Source: Slackia sp. (lineage in GTDB: Bacteria > Actinomycetota > Coriobacteriia > Coriobacteriales > Eggerthellaceae). Taken from it: DNA of 64,000 bases. The translations under genes and the position numbers were made by a program. Of the stretch, positions 8,123-17,331 are shown one piece after another (position 1 is the first letter of the stretch; every line of letters begins with the position of its first letter). The notes below the pieces were generated by a model. It saw nothing but the letters and a program-made list of their open reading frames with translations, did not search any database and was not told where the DNA came from. The stretch is taken from assembly GCF_026168935.1 (NCBI RefSeq), contig NZ_JAPFDK010000007.1; one strand, given 5' to 3'.

Positions 8123-11100
8123 ATGAAAAACGCGTTTAGCAAAGGCGTCTTGCGCTCCATAACCCATTCCCTCGGACGTTTTCTTGCCATTGCGGTCATA
8201 GCGGCGCTCGGCACGGGGTTTTATGCCGGCCTGCGCATGACCGGTCCCGATATGCGTCTTGCTGCCGATCAATATTTCGACGCGACGCATATGGCCGATT
8301 TGCGCGTGGTGTCCACGCTGGGCCTGAGCGACGAAAGCCTGGATACGCTCCGAAACGTGGAAGGCGTGGAAGACGTCATGCCGGCGCGCGAGGTGGACGT
8401 GCTGGCAACGGTCGAAGACGTTCAATACACCATGCGCGTGCAATCGTTCGATGCAGCGGTGGCCCGCGCGTCCGACACGTCGGACGGCGTCCATGCTTTT
8501 TCGGATGACGAATCCTATCTCAACAGGCTCATTCTTACCTCTGGGTCGTGGCCCGAAGGTCCGAACGAATGCGTGCTCATGGCCGATGTGGTCATGGACG
8601 GTTCGGTTGCGGCGGGCGATACGGTCACGGTGCTCGAGGGCACGCAGGACGTTGACGAGACGCTCTCGACGCGCGAATACACGGTGACGGGCTTCGTGCG
8701 CAGCTCGTACTACGTTTCGCCGACAAGCCTGGGGACGACTTCGCTTGGCAGCGGTGCTCTTGACCAGGTCATGTTCGTGGGCGACGAGGGCTTTGCCGCC
8801 GACGCTCCCTACACCGAAGCGTTCATTTCGGTGGCGGGCGCGGCCGACGAGGCGGCGGGAAGCGACGCCTACCAGGCGAAGGTCGACGAAGTTGCGCAGC
8901 GCATCGAAGGATGCGGTCTTGCTGCAGCCCGTCTTGATGAAGTGAAATCCGAGGCTCAGAAGGAGCTCGACCAGCAGCGTGCAGATTACGAAACGCAAAA
9001 GGCGGATGCTGAAGCGCAGCTCGCCGACGGCAAGACCGAGCTTGACGACGCTGCAGCCCAGCTTGAAGACGCTGCGGCCCAATTGAGCAGCGGTCAGGCG
9101 GAGCTTGATAGCGCCGCCGCGACAATCGCGGCGAGCGAAAAAGAGCTCGCCGACGGCCAGGCTGCCTACGATACCGGCGCCGCTGAGCTTGCCGCGCAAC
9201 GAGCGTCCGCCGAAGCGCAGCTTGCTTCTGCCCAGGCGCAGATAGACGATGCCCAGGCGCAATACGACCAGGCCATGGCAACGCGCGAAGAGCTTTCGAG
9301 CCAACTCTCCCAGGCGCAATCGGGTCTTGACCAGGTGAATGCCGCCATCGATGCGAACATGCCGGCAATCGACCAGGGAATCGAGCGCGCCCAGCGCATC
9401 GTTGACGGGGCGAAGGAAAACATCGACAAGCTTGACCCTTCCGATCCCGAATACGACAAGAAGCTCGCCGCTTTACAATCGTGGCTTGCGTTCGGCGAGC
9501 AAACGCTCTCTGAGCTGCAGGGGCAGAAGGACTCGCTTCTTTCCCAACAGGCGCAGCTTGATGACGCTGTTGCACAGCTTACGGCGGGTATCGCGCAAAT
9601 CGATGCCCAGACCGCTGGCGTGCCGGAGCAGCTTTCCGCCGCCCGCGACGAATTGGTGGCGCAGCGCGTTACTGCCGAAGAGGCCTTCGCTACGGTGCAG
9701 TCCCGGCTTGACGGTGCAGCCTCTCAGCTCATAAGCGGCCGCTCGCAGCTTGATGCGGGGAAACAATCGTATGCGGCAGGTGCGACCGAACTCGAAAACG
9801 GTAAGGCCGAATATGCTTCGGGCCTGGAATCTTACGAGGTGGGCAGGGCGGAATACGACGAGAAGGCGGCAGAAGCCGCGGTGCAGTTTGCCGATGCCGA
9901 AACGCAGCTTGCCGATGCGCAGGCGGAAATCGACGCGCTCGAGGCTCCGGAGATTATGGTGCTCGACCGTACGAAGAACATCGGTGCGAAAAGCTTCGTT
10001 TCCGATGCGGGGCGTATCGACCGCATTGCCATGGTGTTTCCGTTTATCTTCTTCCTGGTGTCGGCATTGGTGTCTTTGACCACGATGACGCGTATGGTGG
10101 AAGAAGAACGCGTGCTCATCGGCACGTACAAGGCGCTGGGCTATAGCAAGGCGCGCATTACGTCGAAATATCTGATTTATGCGATGGTGGCCAGCGGCGT
10201 GGGCGCAGCGATAGGCATCGTGGCCCTGTCGCTCTTCCTGCCGTACTTCATCATGGACGCGTACTCCATCATCTACGCGGTTCCCGTTCGTCCGATCCCG
10301 ATCGATCCGGGCTTGGCGCTGCTGTCCGCCGGCTTGGGTGTGGGCATCACGGTTGCGGCGACGTGTTTCGCGGCCGCATCCACGCTGCGTGAAACCCCGG
10401 CGGCGCTTATGCTCCCGCGCGCGCCGAAGGCGGGCAAGCGTATTCTTCTCGAGCGCATCAAGCCGCTGTGGAGCCGCATGTCGTTTTCCTGGAAGGTCAC
10501 GGCGCGCAATATCTTCCGTTACAAGCGCCGTTTCTTCATGGCCGTCATAGGCATCGCCGGCTGTACGGCTCTGCTTTTGACGGGCCTGGGGCTGCAAAAT
10601 GCCATTAACGACATCATCGACAAGCAATTCGGAGAAGTCTATCACTACAACATGGTGGTGCGCGAGGCGGATGACGTTTCGCAGGAAGATGCTTCGGCCG
10701 TCGACGGCATTCTTGCCGACGCCGGTCTTGAATCGGCCCATGCAGCGGCCCATACCGAGAATATGCTGGCGGCTCGCGTGGACGACCCCAACGGAGAACA
10801 GCAGCGTTTCGAGCTAATCGTTCCCGAAGAGCCCCATCAGTTCTCGGAGTATGTAACCATGCGCGAGCGCGTGGGACACGACCCGCTGAGCCTCGATGGC
10901 GAAGGCGTTGTCATAAGTGAGAAGCTGGCGAACGAGCTGGGGCTTTCGACAGGCGAAACCATGCTGCTCTTCGATGAGGATGCGATAGGAAACGCCACGG
11001 GCGAAGGTCGCGAGGTGCGTGTTTCGGGCATTATGGAAAACTATGTGAGCCAGTATGCGTTTGCGACGCCCGAGGCCTTTGGCAAAATATCGGACGAAGC

Positions 11101-11650
11101 GCCGGCGTTTACCACGTTGTTTGTGAAGGCGACTGAAGACGAAGCTCAGCGCGCTGAGCTTTCCGATGAGCTTTTGGCAATAGACGGCGTGAAGACCGTG
11201 GGCTTCAACGACGAAACCATCGAGTCGTATCGCACCATGCTCAAGAGCGTCGATGCGGTGGTCGTGGTGCTGGTGGTTGCCGCTGCGGCGCTTGCGTTTG
11301 TGGTGCTGTACAACCTTACGAACATCAACATCACCGAGCGTCAGCGCGAGATTGCCACGCTTAAAGTGCTCGGCTTCAATACGCGTGAGGTGAACGCCTA
11401 CATCTACCGCGAGACGCTGCTGCTTTCGGCGATAGGCGCACTGGTGGGCTGTGTTCTGGGCATTTTCATAGAAGGCTTTGTGGTCGTGACGGCCGAGGTC
11501 GATCAGGTGATGTTCGGTCGCGAAATCCATGCGCTGAGCTTTGTTATAGCGTTTGTGCTTACCATGCTCTTCTCGGTGCTGGTGACGCTGTTCATGCGCA
11601 AGAAGCTTTCCGACATCGATATGGTAGAAAGCCTGAAGTCGGTGGAATAA
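8123..11650 (+). CDS. ABC transporter permease with two FtsX/MacB-type 4-TM modules and a very long extracytoplasmic coiled-coil insert
   Basis: 1175-aa ORF starting 4 nt after the ATPase stop. One N-terminal TM is followed by a long soluble region with Ala/Gln/Glu-rich L-x-x-G heptad-like repeats (nt about 8930-9950), then a TM cluster, a second soluble domain, and a C-terminal TM cluster (ITERQREIATLKVLGF is the typical FtsX-family motif). Confidence 0.8.
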   Translation: MKNAFSKGVLRSITHSLGRFLAIAVIAALGTGFYAGLRMTGPDMRLAADQYFDATHMADLRVVSTLGLSDESLDTLRNVEGVEDVMPAREVDVLATVEDVQYTMRVQSFDAAVARASDTSDGVHAFSDDESYLNRLILTSGSWPEGPNECVLMADVVMDGSVAAGDTVTVLEGTQDVDETLSTREYTVTGFVRSSYYVSPTSLGTTSLGSGALDQVMFVGDEGFAADAPYTEAFISVAGAADEAAGSDAYQAKVDEVAQRIEGCGLAAARLDEVKSEAQKELDQQRADYETQKADAEAQLADGKTELDDAAAQLEDAAAQLSSGQAELDSAAATIAASEKELADGQAAYDTGAAELAAQRASAEAQLASAQAQIDDAQAQYDQAMATREELSSQLSQAQSGLDQVNAAIDANMPAIDQGIERAQRIVDGAKENIDKLDPSDPEYDKKLAALQSWLAFGEQTLSELQGQKDSLLSQQAQLDDAVAQLTAGIAQIDAQTAGVPEQLSAARDELVAQRVTAEEAFATVQSRLDGAASQLISGRSQLDAGKQSYAAGATELENGKAEYASGLESYEVGRAEYDEKAAEAAVQFADAETQLADAQAEIDALEAPEIMVLDRTKNIGAKSFVSDAGRIDRIAMVFPFIFFLVSALVSLTTMTRMVEEERVLIGTYKALGYSKARITSKYLIYAMVASGVGAAIGIVALSLFLPYFIMDAYSIIYAVPVRPIPIDPGLALLSAGLGVGITVAATCFAAASTLRETPAALMLPRAPKAGKRILLERIKPLWSRMSFSWKVTARNIFRYKRRFFMAVIGIAGCTALLLTGLGLQNAINDIIDKQFGEVYHYNMVVREADDVSQEDASAVDGILADAGLESAHAAAHTENMLAARVDDPNGEQQRFELIVPEEPHQFSEYVTMRERVGHDPLSLDGEGVVISEKLANELGLSTGETMLLFDEDAIGNATGEGREVRVSGIMENYVSQYAFATPEAFGKISDEAPAFTTLFVKATEDEAQRAELSDELLAIDGVKTVGFNDETIESYRTMLKSVDAVVVVLVVAAAALAFVVLYNLTNINITERQREIATLKVLGFNTREVNAYIYRETLLLSAIGALVGCVLGIFIEGFVVVTAEVDQVMFGREIHALSFVIAFVLTMLFSVLVTLFMRKKLSDIDMVESLKSVE

Positions 11651-11669
11651 GGCAGGGAGAGAGGTTGCT

Positions 11670-12494
11670 ATGAATGCTCGGTCGTGTTATTTCGGGCAGA
11701 CGGCTCAGCAAGTCGTTGCCGATTATTTTGCATGGTTGCGCAAGACGCGCGCCCTTGCAATAGCGGCGGCCGTGGTGCTTGGCGTAGTCGCCATCGTCTT
11801 CGTATTCCTCGGGTGTATGATCGCTTACTTCATCTGCCTTGCTGCGATTCTGGCTACGGCGTGGCTTCTCAGGTCGAAGATAGGAAGGCGGTTTCGCAGT
11901 TTGCTCGATATTCTGGGGTCAGATTGCGACGCTGAGAAATACCGCGAGGTGATCGAGGGAGTTGCCCAGCGCGATACGAAGCGGCGTTCAATGGGCGTCT
12001 GCTTGATCGAGCTTGCGCTGGCCCACTATCATGCGGGTCGTCCGATTGATGCGCTGCAGCTTCTTTCGCAGGCTTCGTTTAAGTCGCCCAAGAACATTCT
12101 CTGGATACGTGCGTTCAACGTGGAGGCCATTGCTCGTAATGCCGTGGGTGATTTCGCAGGGCGCGATGCCGCGCTCGAGCGTATCGCGGCGTTTCGCACA
12201 GGTACCGGGATCAATTCGGCGAAGCGTGCGGTCATTGACGACATTCTGCTTGGGTTGAACGTGCAGTTTCGTCCTGTCCAGCAATGGGGTCCGGCGGATC
12301 TTGATTGTATGCGAAAGAATGCGGCACTCGCCGATTCCCGTCTGACCTGGATTTCTTGGAAAATCTGCGAAGCGGAATACCAGCTTGCGCACGGGGGCGT
12401 GCAGGAGGCGGCTTCTCTTCTCGACGAGGTTGTTGAAGGCCCGGTCACGCCGCGTGCTGCCGCCAATATAGAGCGCCTTCGCGCGTTGGTGTAG
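11670..12494 (+). CDS. Hypothetical membrane protein (2 N-terminal TM plus helical-repeat/TPR-like domain)
   Basis: 274-aa ORF with a good SD (gggagagagg), 20 nt after the permease stop. It has two adjacent hydrophobic helices followed by an Ala/Leu-rich helical region. No family recognised. Confidence 0.6.
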   Translation: MNARSCYFGQTAQQVVADYFAWLRKTRALAIAAAVVLGVVAIVFVFLGCMIAYFICLAAILATAWLLRSKIGRRFRSLLDILGSDCDAEKYREVIEGVAQRDTKRRSMGVCLIELALAHYHAGRPIDALQLLSQASFKSPKNILWIRAFNVEAIARNAVGDFAGRDAALERIAAFRTGTGINSAKRAVIDDILLGLNVQFRPVQQWGPADLDCMRKNAALADSRLTWISWKICEAEYQLAHGGVQEAASLLDEVVEGPVTPRAAANIERLRALV

Positions 12495-12737
12495 TCGTTT
12501 CTGATGCATTTGTGTCGCTTGCGTGCGGCGGCGCTGCTTCGTTCCGAGACGCTCCGTTGTTGCGGCCTGCAAGATAGCTCGGCGTTTCAAAGCGTGCTTC
12601 GTTTTGAATAGTGCATATTACAGGGTATTTTATCCACCTATTCATGCGTTTCGGCGAAAAATATGGCACAATTCAATGCGCAAGCATTGATATGTATTCG
12701 CTTCGTGCGAAGCGCAGGCTCTGAGAAGGGGCGGCTC

Positions 12738-13628
12738 ATGACGGTCGAGCAGAAATACCTAGACAAGGCGGACGTTCTTATAGAGGCACTTCCTTATATC
12801 CGACGTTTCCACGACAAGGTCATCGTGGTGAAATATGGCGGCGCTGCCATGCTTGATGACGATGTCATGCGTCGCGTCATGGGCGATATTGTTCTTTTGA
12901 AGCTTGTCGGCTTCAAGCCCATCGTGGTACACGGCGGCGGCAAGGAAATCAATCGCTGGCTCGAGCGCATAGGCATCGAGCCTCATTTCGAGAACGGCCT
13001 ACGCGTGACTGACGAGCCCACCATGGAAATGGCGGAGATGGTTCTGTACAAGGTCAACAAAGAGCTCGTGTCCATGGCGGAATCCTTCGGCGTCAAGGCC
13101 ATCGGCGTAAGCGGCAAAGACGGCGCTCTTATGAGAGTCAACAAGGCGTATCCCGATGGCGAAGACCTTGGGTACGTGGGGGACATCGACTCCGTCCGCC
13201 CCGAGATGCTCGAAGGGTTTCTCGAAGACGACTACATCCCCATCGTCTGCCCGATCGGGCTGGGCGAGGAGTTTCATTCCTACAACATCAACGCCGATGT
13301 TGCGGCATGCGCTATTGCAAAGGCCATGCACGCCGAGAAACTCGCGTTCCTCTCGGACATCGAAGGTGTCTATCGCGACCCGAAAGACCCGTCAACGCTG
13401 ATTTCGGAGTTGCATGCCAGCGAGGCGCGCCAGTTGATTGAGGACGGCACGGTGGGCGGCGGCATGGTTCCTAAGCTGCAGGGCTGTATCGATGCCGTGG
13501 AAAACGGCGTTACCAGGGTTCATATTCTCGACGGGCGCATTCGCCACTGCCTGCTTCTGGAAATCTTCACAAATAAGGGCGTTGGTTCCTCGGTCATTGG
13601 TGACAACACGCCGAAGTTCCATAGCTAG
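12738..13628 (+). CDS. argB: Acetylglutamate kinase
   Basis: EALPYIRRFHDKVIVVKYGGAAM, HGGG and the amino-acid-kinase fold motifs are present. The start is moved to the ATG at 12738 (SD gagaagggg). The track ORF begins at 12663. Confidence 0.9.
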   Translation: MTVEQKYLDKADVLIEALPYIRRFHDKVIVVKYGGAAMLDDDVMRRVMGDIVLLKLVGFKPIVVHGGGKEINRWLERIGIEPHFENGLRVTDEPTMEMAEMVLYKVNKELVSMAESFGVKAIGVSGKDGALMRVNKAYPDGEDLGYVGDIDSVRPEMLEGFLEDDYIPIVCPIGLGEEFHSYNINADVAACAIAKAMHAEKLAFLSDIEGVYRDPKDPSTLISELHASEARQLIEDGTVGGGMVPKLQGCIDAVENGVTRVHILDGRIRHCLLLEIFTNKGVGSSVIGDNTPKFHS

Positions 13629-13666
13629 TTCTGGCTGGTTTTTCTCGGTTGCGTAAAGAAGAGTAA

Positions 13667-13693
13667 AGCGCCTCTTCCGTGCGCGGAAGCGCT
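13667..13693. terminator. Bulged hairpin between convergent argB and rarD
   Basis: The stem CTTCCG / CGGAAG with a TGCG loop is extended by AGCG / CGCT across a 3-nt bulge. It lies between two convergent stop codons. Confidence 0.4.
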
Positions 13694-13709
13694 CCGCTCT
13701 CTCGGGCTT

Positions 13710-14690
13710 TTATGCCGCGTCCAGCGAGGGTGCGTAGCGTCTATGCAAAAGGCTTTCTATGGACATGAGGATAATGCCGGTCCAAACGAGCGCGAAGCAT
13801 ACGCCGTGTGCGAACGTGAATGCTTCGCCGAAAAACGTCACGGCCAAAACGAGTGCGATGGTGGGGCTGACGTATTGCAGGAAGCCGATGATGACCATGG
13901 GCACTCGGTTTGCTGCTGCTGAATACAGCAGCAAGGGGATGGCCGTCAGTACTCCCGCGAAGACCATCAAAAAGATCTTGAGCGGCTCATAGGTTACGGC
14001 CATCGCGTCGGGCGTTGCGGGCACAAGCGCCCAAAGCGCGGGCATGAGCGTCCCCGCTCCGAAAATGATGCCGCCCATGATGCCGGTGAGCACCGATTCT
14101 AGCGCCATGCCGGGAAGGGCCGGGTAGCCGGCCCTTTTCTTGACGGCTCCGTAGGCGGAAAACGTTAAGGCCAGCGCGAAGGAAATCCAGATAGCGCCGC
14201 CGTTGACGGCGATGAAGAAGGTGACTCCGCATGCCGCAAGGCCAAATGCGACCTTCTGCATACGCGTGAGGCGCTCGTGAAATACGATAAGCCCGAAGAG
14301 GATGTTGAACAAGGGGCAGAGGTAATAGCCTATGCTCGTTTCAAGCAAGTGCCCGCTGTTGGCGGCCCAGATGTAGACGCCCCAATTGGCGGAAGTCAGA
14401 ACGCCCGACGTAATGAACGTGCGCAGTGCGCGTGGGTCGCGCATGAGGTACAGGAACTTCGTGCGTTTGACGAACGAGCACAGAAGAACGATGAAGACGC
14501 ACGACCACACCATGCGGCACGTGAGAACCAAAAGCGCGCTTTCGCCAGAAAGAAGGCGCCAGTATAGGCACATGAATCCCCACATAACCTGGCAGCCGAG
14601 CGCTTCAAGAAAGCCGGTTCTATCGAGGCGTTCCGTGCTGGTGTCTTGCGGTCTTGAGGGGACTTTTTCGACATGCGATGCGTGAGTCAT
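13710..14690 (-). CDS. rarD: EamA/RarD-family (DMT superfamily) transporter
   Basis: 10-TM ORF with the two-EamA-repeat architecture and a RarD-like N-terminus (GFLEALGCQVMWGFMCLYWRLL). The start is set at the ATG at 14690 (SD gaggaa). The track start at 14723 is a TTG. Confidence 0.75.
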   Translation of the reverse strand: MTHASHVEKVPSRPQDTSTERLDRTGFLEALGCQVMWGFMCLYWRLLSGESALLVLTCRMVWSCVFIVLLCSFVKRTKFLYLMRDPRALRTFITSGVLTSANWGVYIWAANSGHLLETSIGYYLCPLFNILFGLIVFHERLTRMQKVAFGLAACGVTFFIAVNGGAIWISFALALTFSAYGAVKKRAGYPALPGMALESVLTGIMGGIIFGAGTLMPALWALVPATPDAMAVTYEPLKIFLMVFAGVLTAIPLLLYSAAANRVPMVIIGFLQYVSPTIALVLAVTFFGEAFTFAHGVCFALVWTGIILMSIESLLHRRYAPSLDAA

Positions 14691-14757
14691 GGTTCCTCGA
14701 TGCTTGCGGGCGGTTGGTGTCAATCGCCATTATAAAACGACCATGCTCGTCGAAAGC

Positions 14758-14802
14758 GAACCGCCTCTTATTTCTTGGACAGTCAGAAATAAGAGGCGGT
14801 TC
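14758..14802 (-). terminator. Strong terminator hairpin after the membrane-protein gene
   Basis: Perfect 18-bp stem GAACCGCCTCTTATTTCT / AGAAATAAGAGGCGGTTC with a 9-nt loop, 44 nt downstream of the stop at 14846. Confidence 0.7.
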
Positions 14803-14845
14803 AGGACGCGATTGGTGGACTGCTGCGCATGGGCGCGTCCGCGGG

Positions 14846-15679
14846 CTAGGAACGTTTCGTTTCCTGGTAGATTTCGCGAAGGCGGGGGATGAAATTGGCG
14901 GCAAAGTTCTTCCGGCTGCCTTCGTTGCGGTTTTTGACGTAGGCGAACCCGATAATGGAAAACGCGATTGCGCCGCACATGTTGACAAAGATGTCTGCCA
15001 TGGAGTCGTGGATGCCGATATCAAGGTAGCCGTTGGGGATAACGACCGTTTCGCCTGAGGCTGTGGTGATCGTAGTACTGACGATATCTCCCACATGGAT
15101 GGCCACATTGGAATTCGTGGGGTCGAGCGTCACCGAGCTGAAGGCGGAGACGATCGTGTCTTTCTGCATGTCAAAGCCCACGAAGGTGTCCATCGCGTAT
15201 TCGAAAAGCTCCCAAAGTGCGCCGATGGTCATGGAGAAGCAGAAAGCCGTGATGGCCATGTAGATCGGCGTGAGCTGCAAGCGCGACGCCTGGCTGCGAT
15301 TGAGGATATCGACCAGGGCGAACCCGATACCCGCGGCAAGAAAGCCCCATAGCGTATGGAGCATGGTATCCCAGAAGGGGATCTTCACGTAGAAGGCGTC
15401 TATTTCTCCGAGGATTTCCGCGGCGAAGATGAAAAAGAGAATGATTCCTTCGAGGACATTGGGGATTTCTATCTGCAGTTTTCGTTCGAGAAAATCGGGT
15501 ATTGCGAAAAGAACGAGAACAAGGATGCACAGGAGCGCGTATTCGTACCTTGCTTCGAAAATCGACCGGATAGCCACGCCGACAACAACGATGCGTAATA
15601 CTAGATAAATGCCGAACAGCCAAGGCTGGTTCTGCGCGGTTTTCTTCGCTCCGGAAAAATAACGGGCAAGTGCGTTCAT
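14846..15679 (-). CDS. Polytopic membrane protein of unknown function
   Basis: 277-aa ORF with about 6 hydrophobic helices plus one soluble insert. Supported by codon periodicity, an ATG start and the strong downstream terminator. I cannot name the family with confidence. Confidence 0.6.
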   Translation of the reverse strand: MNALARYFSGAKKTAQNQPWLFGIYLVLRIVVVGVAIRSIFEARYEYALLCILVLVLFAIPDFLERKLQIEIPNVLEGIILFFIFAAEILGEIDAFYVKIPFWDTMLHTLWGFLAAGIGFALVDILNRSQASRLQLTPIYMAITAFCFSMTIGALWELFEYAMDTFVGFDMQKDTIVSAFSSVTLDPTNSNVAIHVGDIVSTTITTASGETVVIPNGYLDIGIHDSMADIFVNMCGAIAFSIIGFAYVKNRNEGSRKNFAANFIPRLREIYQETKRS

Positions 15680-15915
15680 GGGATAACTCTCTCGTGATGG
15701 GGCTTTTGCCCTCGTGCTTGCGTGCGTGTCGCTCTATGAAAGCGAGCGGGATATGGGCAAGTATAACGAAGAGCCGCCATATTTCGGTTGTGGATAGGCG
15801 AGACGTTGCGTTCCCGATGTAAACCGTTACGGTCCGAGAGCTCAGATGCGTGCTGGAACGCGACGTGAGGCGGCGCAGATTCGTGCGAAATGCATGCATG
15901 AAGCGCACAGTGCGC

Positions 15916-16524
15916 CTATGCCTCGCCTTCGCGAAGAAGGTTCGTGCAAAGCTCGACGAATCTTTTCGTTGCGTCGGACGGCGTGAAAGCGTGCAGAAGG
16001 GCACCGCGCGCGTCGCAGAAGCTTGCGAATTCCACAAGGGCGCATATGTCATGCCATCGGTCGTCCGACTGGGCGAGCTCGACTAGGTCGATGCTTCCTC
16101 CGATGTGCTGAACAACCTCTGATTCTTCGTCGTAGATATCGTCTATGGGGACAAGCTCCAGATGCAGGGACGAGTCGAGCTCGTGGATTCGGGGCCAAAG
16201 ATCGAGGGTTATTCGTGCGGGGCACAGTACCGATACGCCGAGGCGAACCGTGGTGCCTCCGAAGGCTTCTTGCTCCTTGGCACGTCTCAGCATTCCCTCG
16301 GTCTGTCGCATGAGAGCTCGGGCGTCTTCGACGACGGATGCGCCGGCGGGCGTGAGAAAGACGCCTCTTCTCGTGCGGTTGAAAAGCACGACATCGTATT
16401 CGTTTTCGAAAGTTTCGATGCGCTTTGCAAGAGCAGGGGTCGATACGCCGAGGCGTTTTGCCGCCTTTGAAAAGCTTCCGCTTTCCGCCGCGGCAACGAT
16501 GGAATCAAGCCGTCGGTCGTACAC
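15916..16524 (-). CDS. LysR-family transcriptional regulator, unusually short (possibly truncated)
   Basis: The N-terminal LysR HTH is LDSIVAAAESGSFSKAAKRLGVSTPALAKRIETFENEYDVVLFNRTRRGV. At only 202 aa it is short against the roughly 300 aa typical of the family, so the effector-binding domain is incomplete. Confidence 0.7.
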   Translation of the reverse strand: MYDRRLDSIVAAAESGSFSKAAKRLGVSTPALAKRIETFENEYDVVLFNRTRRGVFLTPAGASVVEDARALMRQTEGMLRRAKEQEAFGGTTVRLGVSVLCPARITLDLWPRIHELDSSLHLELVPIDDIYDEESEVVQHIGGSIDLVELAQSDDRWHDICALVEFASFCDARGALLHAFTPSDATKRFVELCTNLLREGEA

Positions 16525-16851
16525 GAGTCACCCCTCTCTTCAAAATGTACTTTTCCACAAAATATCAACTAATTCTTAATAACAGGATTCTGTTTTCCTT
16601 CAAACATATGGAGTATAGCGGAAAAACCGTTTTGATTTAGTTAATACTCAAAGAGAAAAGAAGCAATGATTCTAGGGTTGTTTTCGCATGACGATAGGGG
16701 AAACATGCAAAAGAGCCCGCCGGCTTCTGTGTGCTGTCGGAAACCTGCGGGCTCGATATTTGACGAAAGCTGTGATTGTGGAAAGAAATACACGAGGGTT
16801 TTGTTGAATTGTGGAAAATTGCGGGCGGGTTGCAGGCCCGATTCGGAATGC

Positions 16852-17331
16852 CTACATCCCGCGCGACATGACTATCTTTCCCGTTCGGGTGAGCTGCTTT
16901 ATGCCGTACGCTTGGAAAAGGTCTTCAAGGGCTCCGAGCTTGTTTGCGTCCCCTGTCGCCTCGATGGTAAGCGATGCCTTGCCGACGTCGACCACTTTGG
17001 CGCGGAAGAGGTTTGCAATTTCGATGACCTCGTGGCGTCGTTCGGCGGGGGCGCACACTTTGAACAGGGCGAGTTCGCGTTCGATAGCGTCTTCGTCGGT
17101 GAGGTCGTGAATCTTGTATACGCTTACCAGCTTGTTTAATTGCTTGGTGATTTGCTCGAATCCCACTTCGTCGGCGTCGACGATGATGGTCATGCGCGAC
17201 ATAGTGACATTTTCAGTAGGGGCAACGGTGAGGGATTCTATATTGAATCCGCGACGTGAGATAAGACCTATCACGCGCGAAAGTACGCCCGATTTGTTTT
17301 CGACAAGAATCGAGAGGATGTGCTTCATCAT
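16852..17331 (-). CDS. ilvN: Acetolactate synthase small (regulatory) subunit
   Basis: The ACT-domain N-terminus is MKHILSILVENKSGVLSRVIGLISRRGFNIESLTV. It overlaps the ilvB stop by 4 nt. Confidence 0.92.
   Translation of the reverse strand: MMKHILSILVENKSGVLSRVIGLISRRGFNIESLTVAPTENVTMSRMTIIVDADEVGFEQITKQLNKLVSVYKIHDLTDEDAIERELALFKVCAPAERRHEVIEIANLFRAKVVDVGKASLTIEATGDANKLGALEDLFQAYGIKQLTRTGKIVMSRGM

Noticed and set aside
8930-9950. Nucleotide-level tandem repeat or possible array inside the ABC permease.
   Set aside because: The repetitiveness is at the amino-acid and heptad level (GCx/CAG/GAx codon bias of an Ala/Gln/Glu coiled coil). I saw no exact DNA repeat units or spacers, so this is not a CRISPR array or VNTR.
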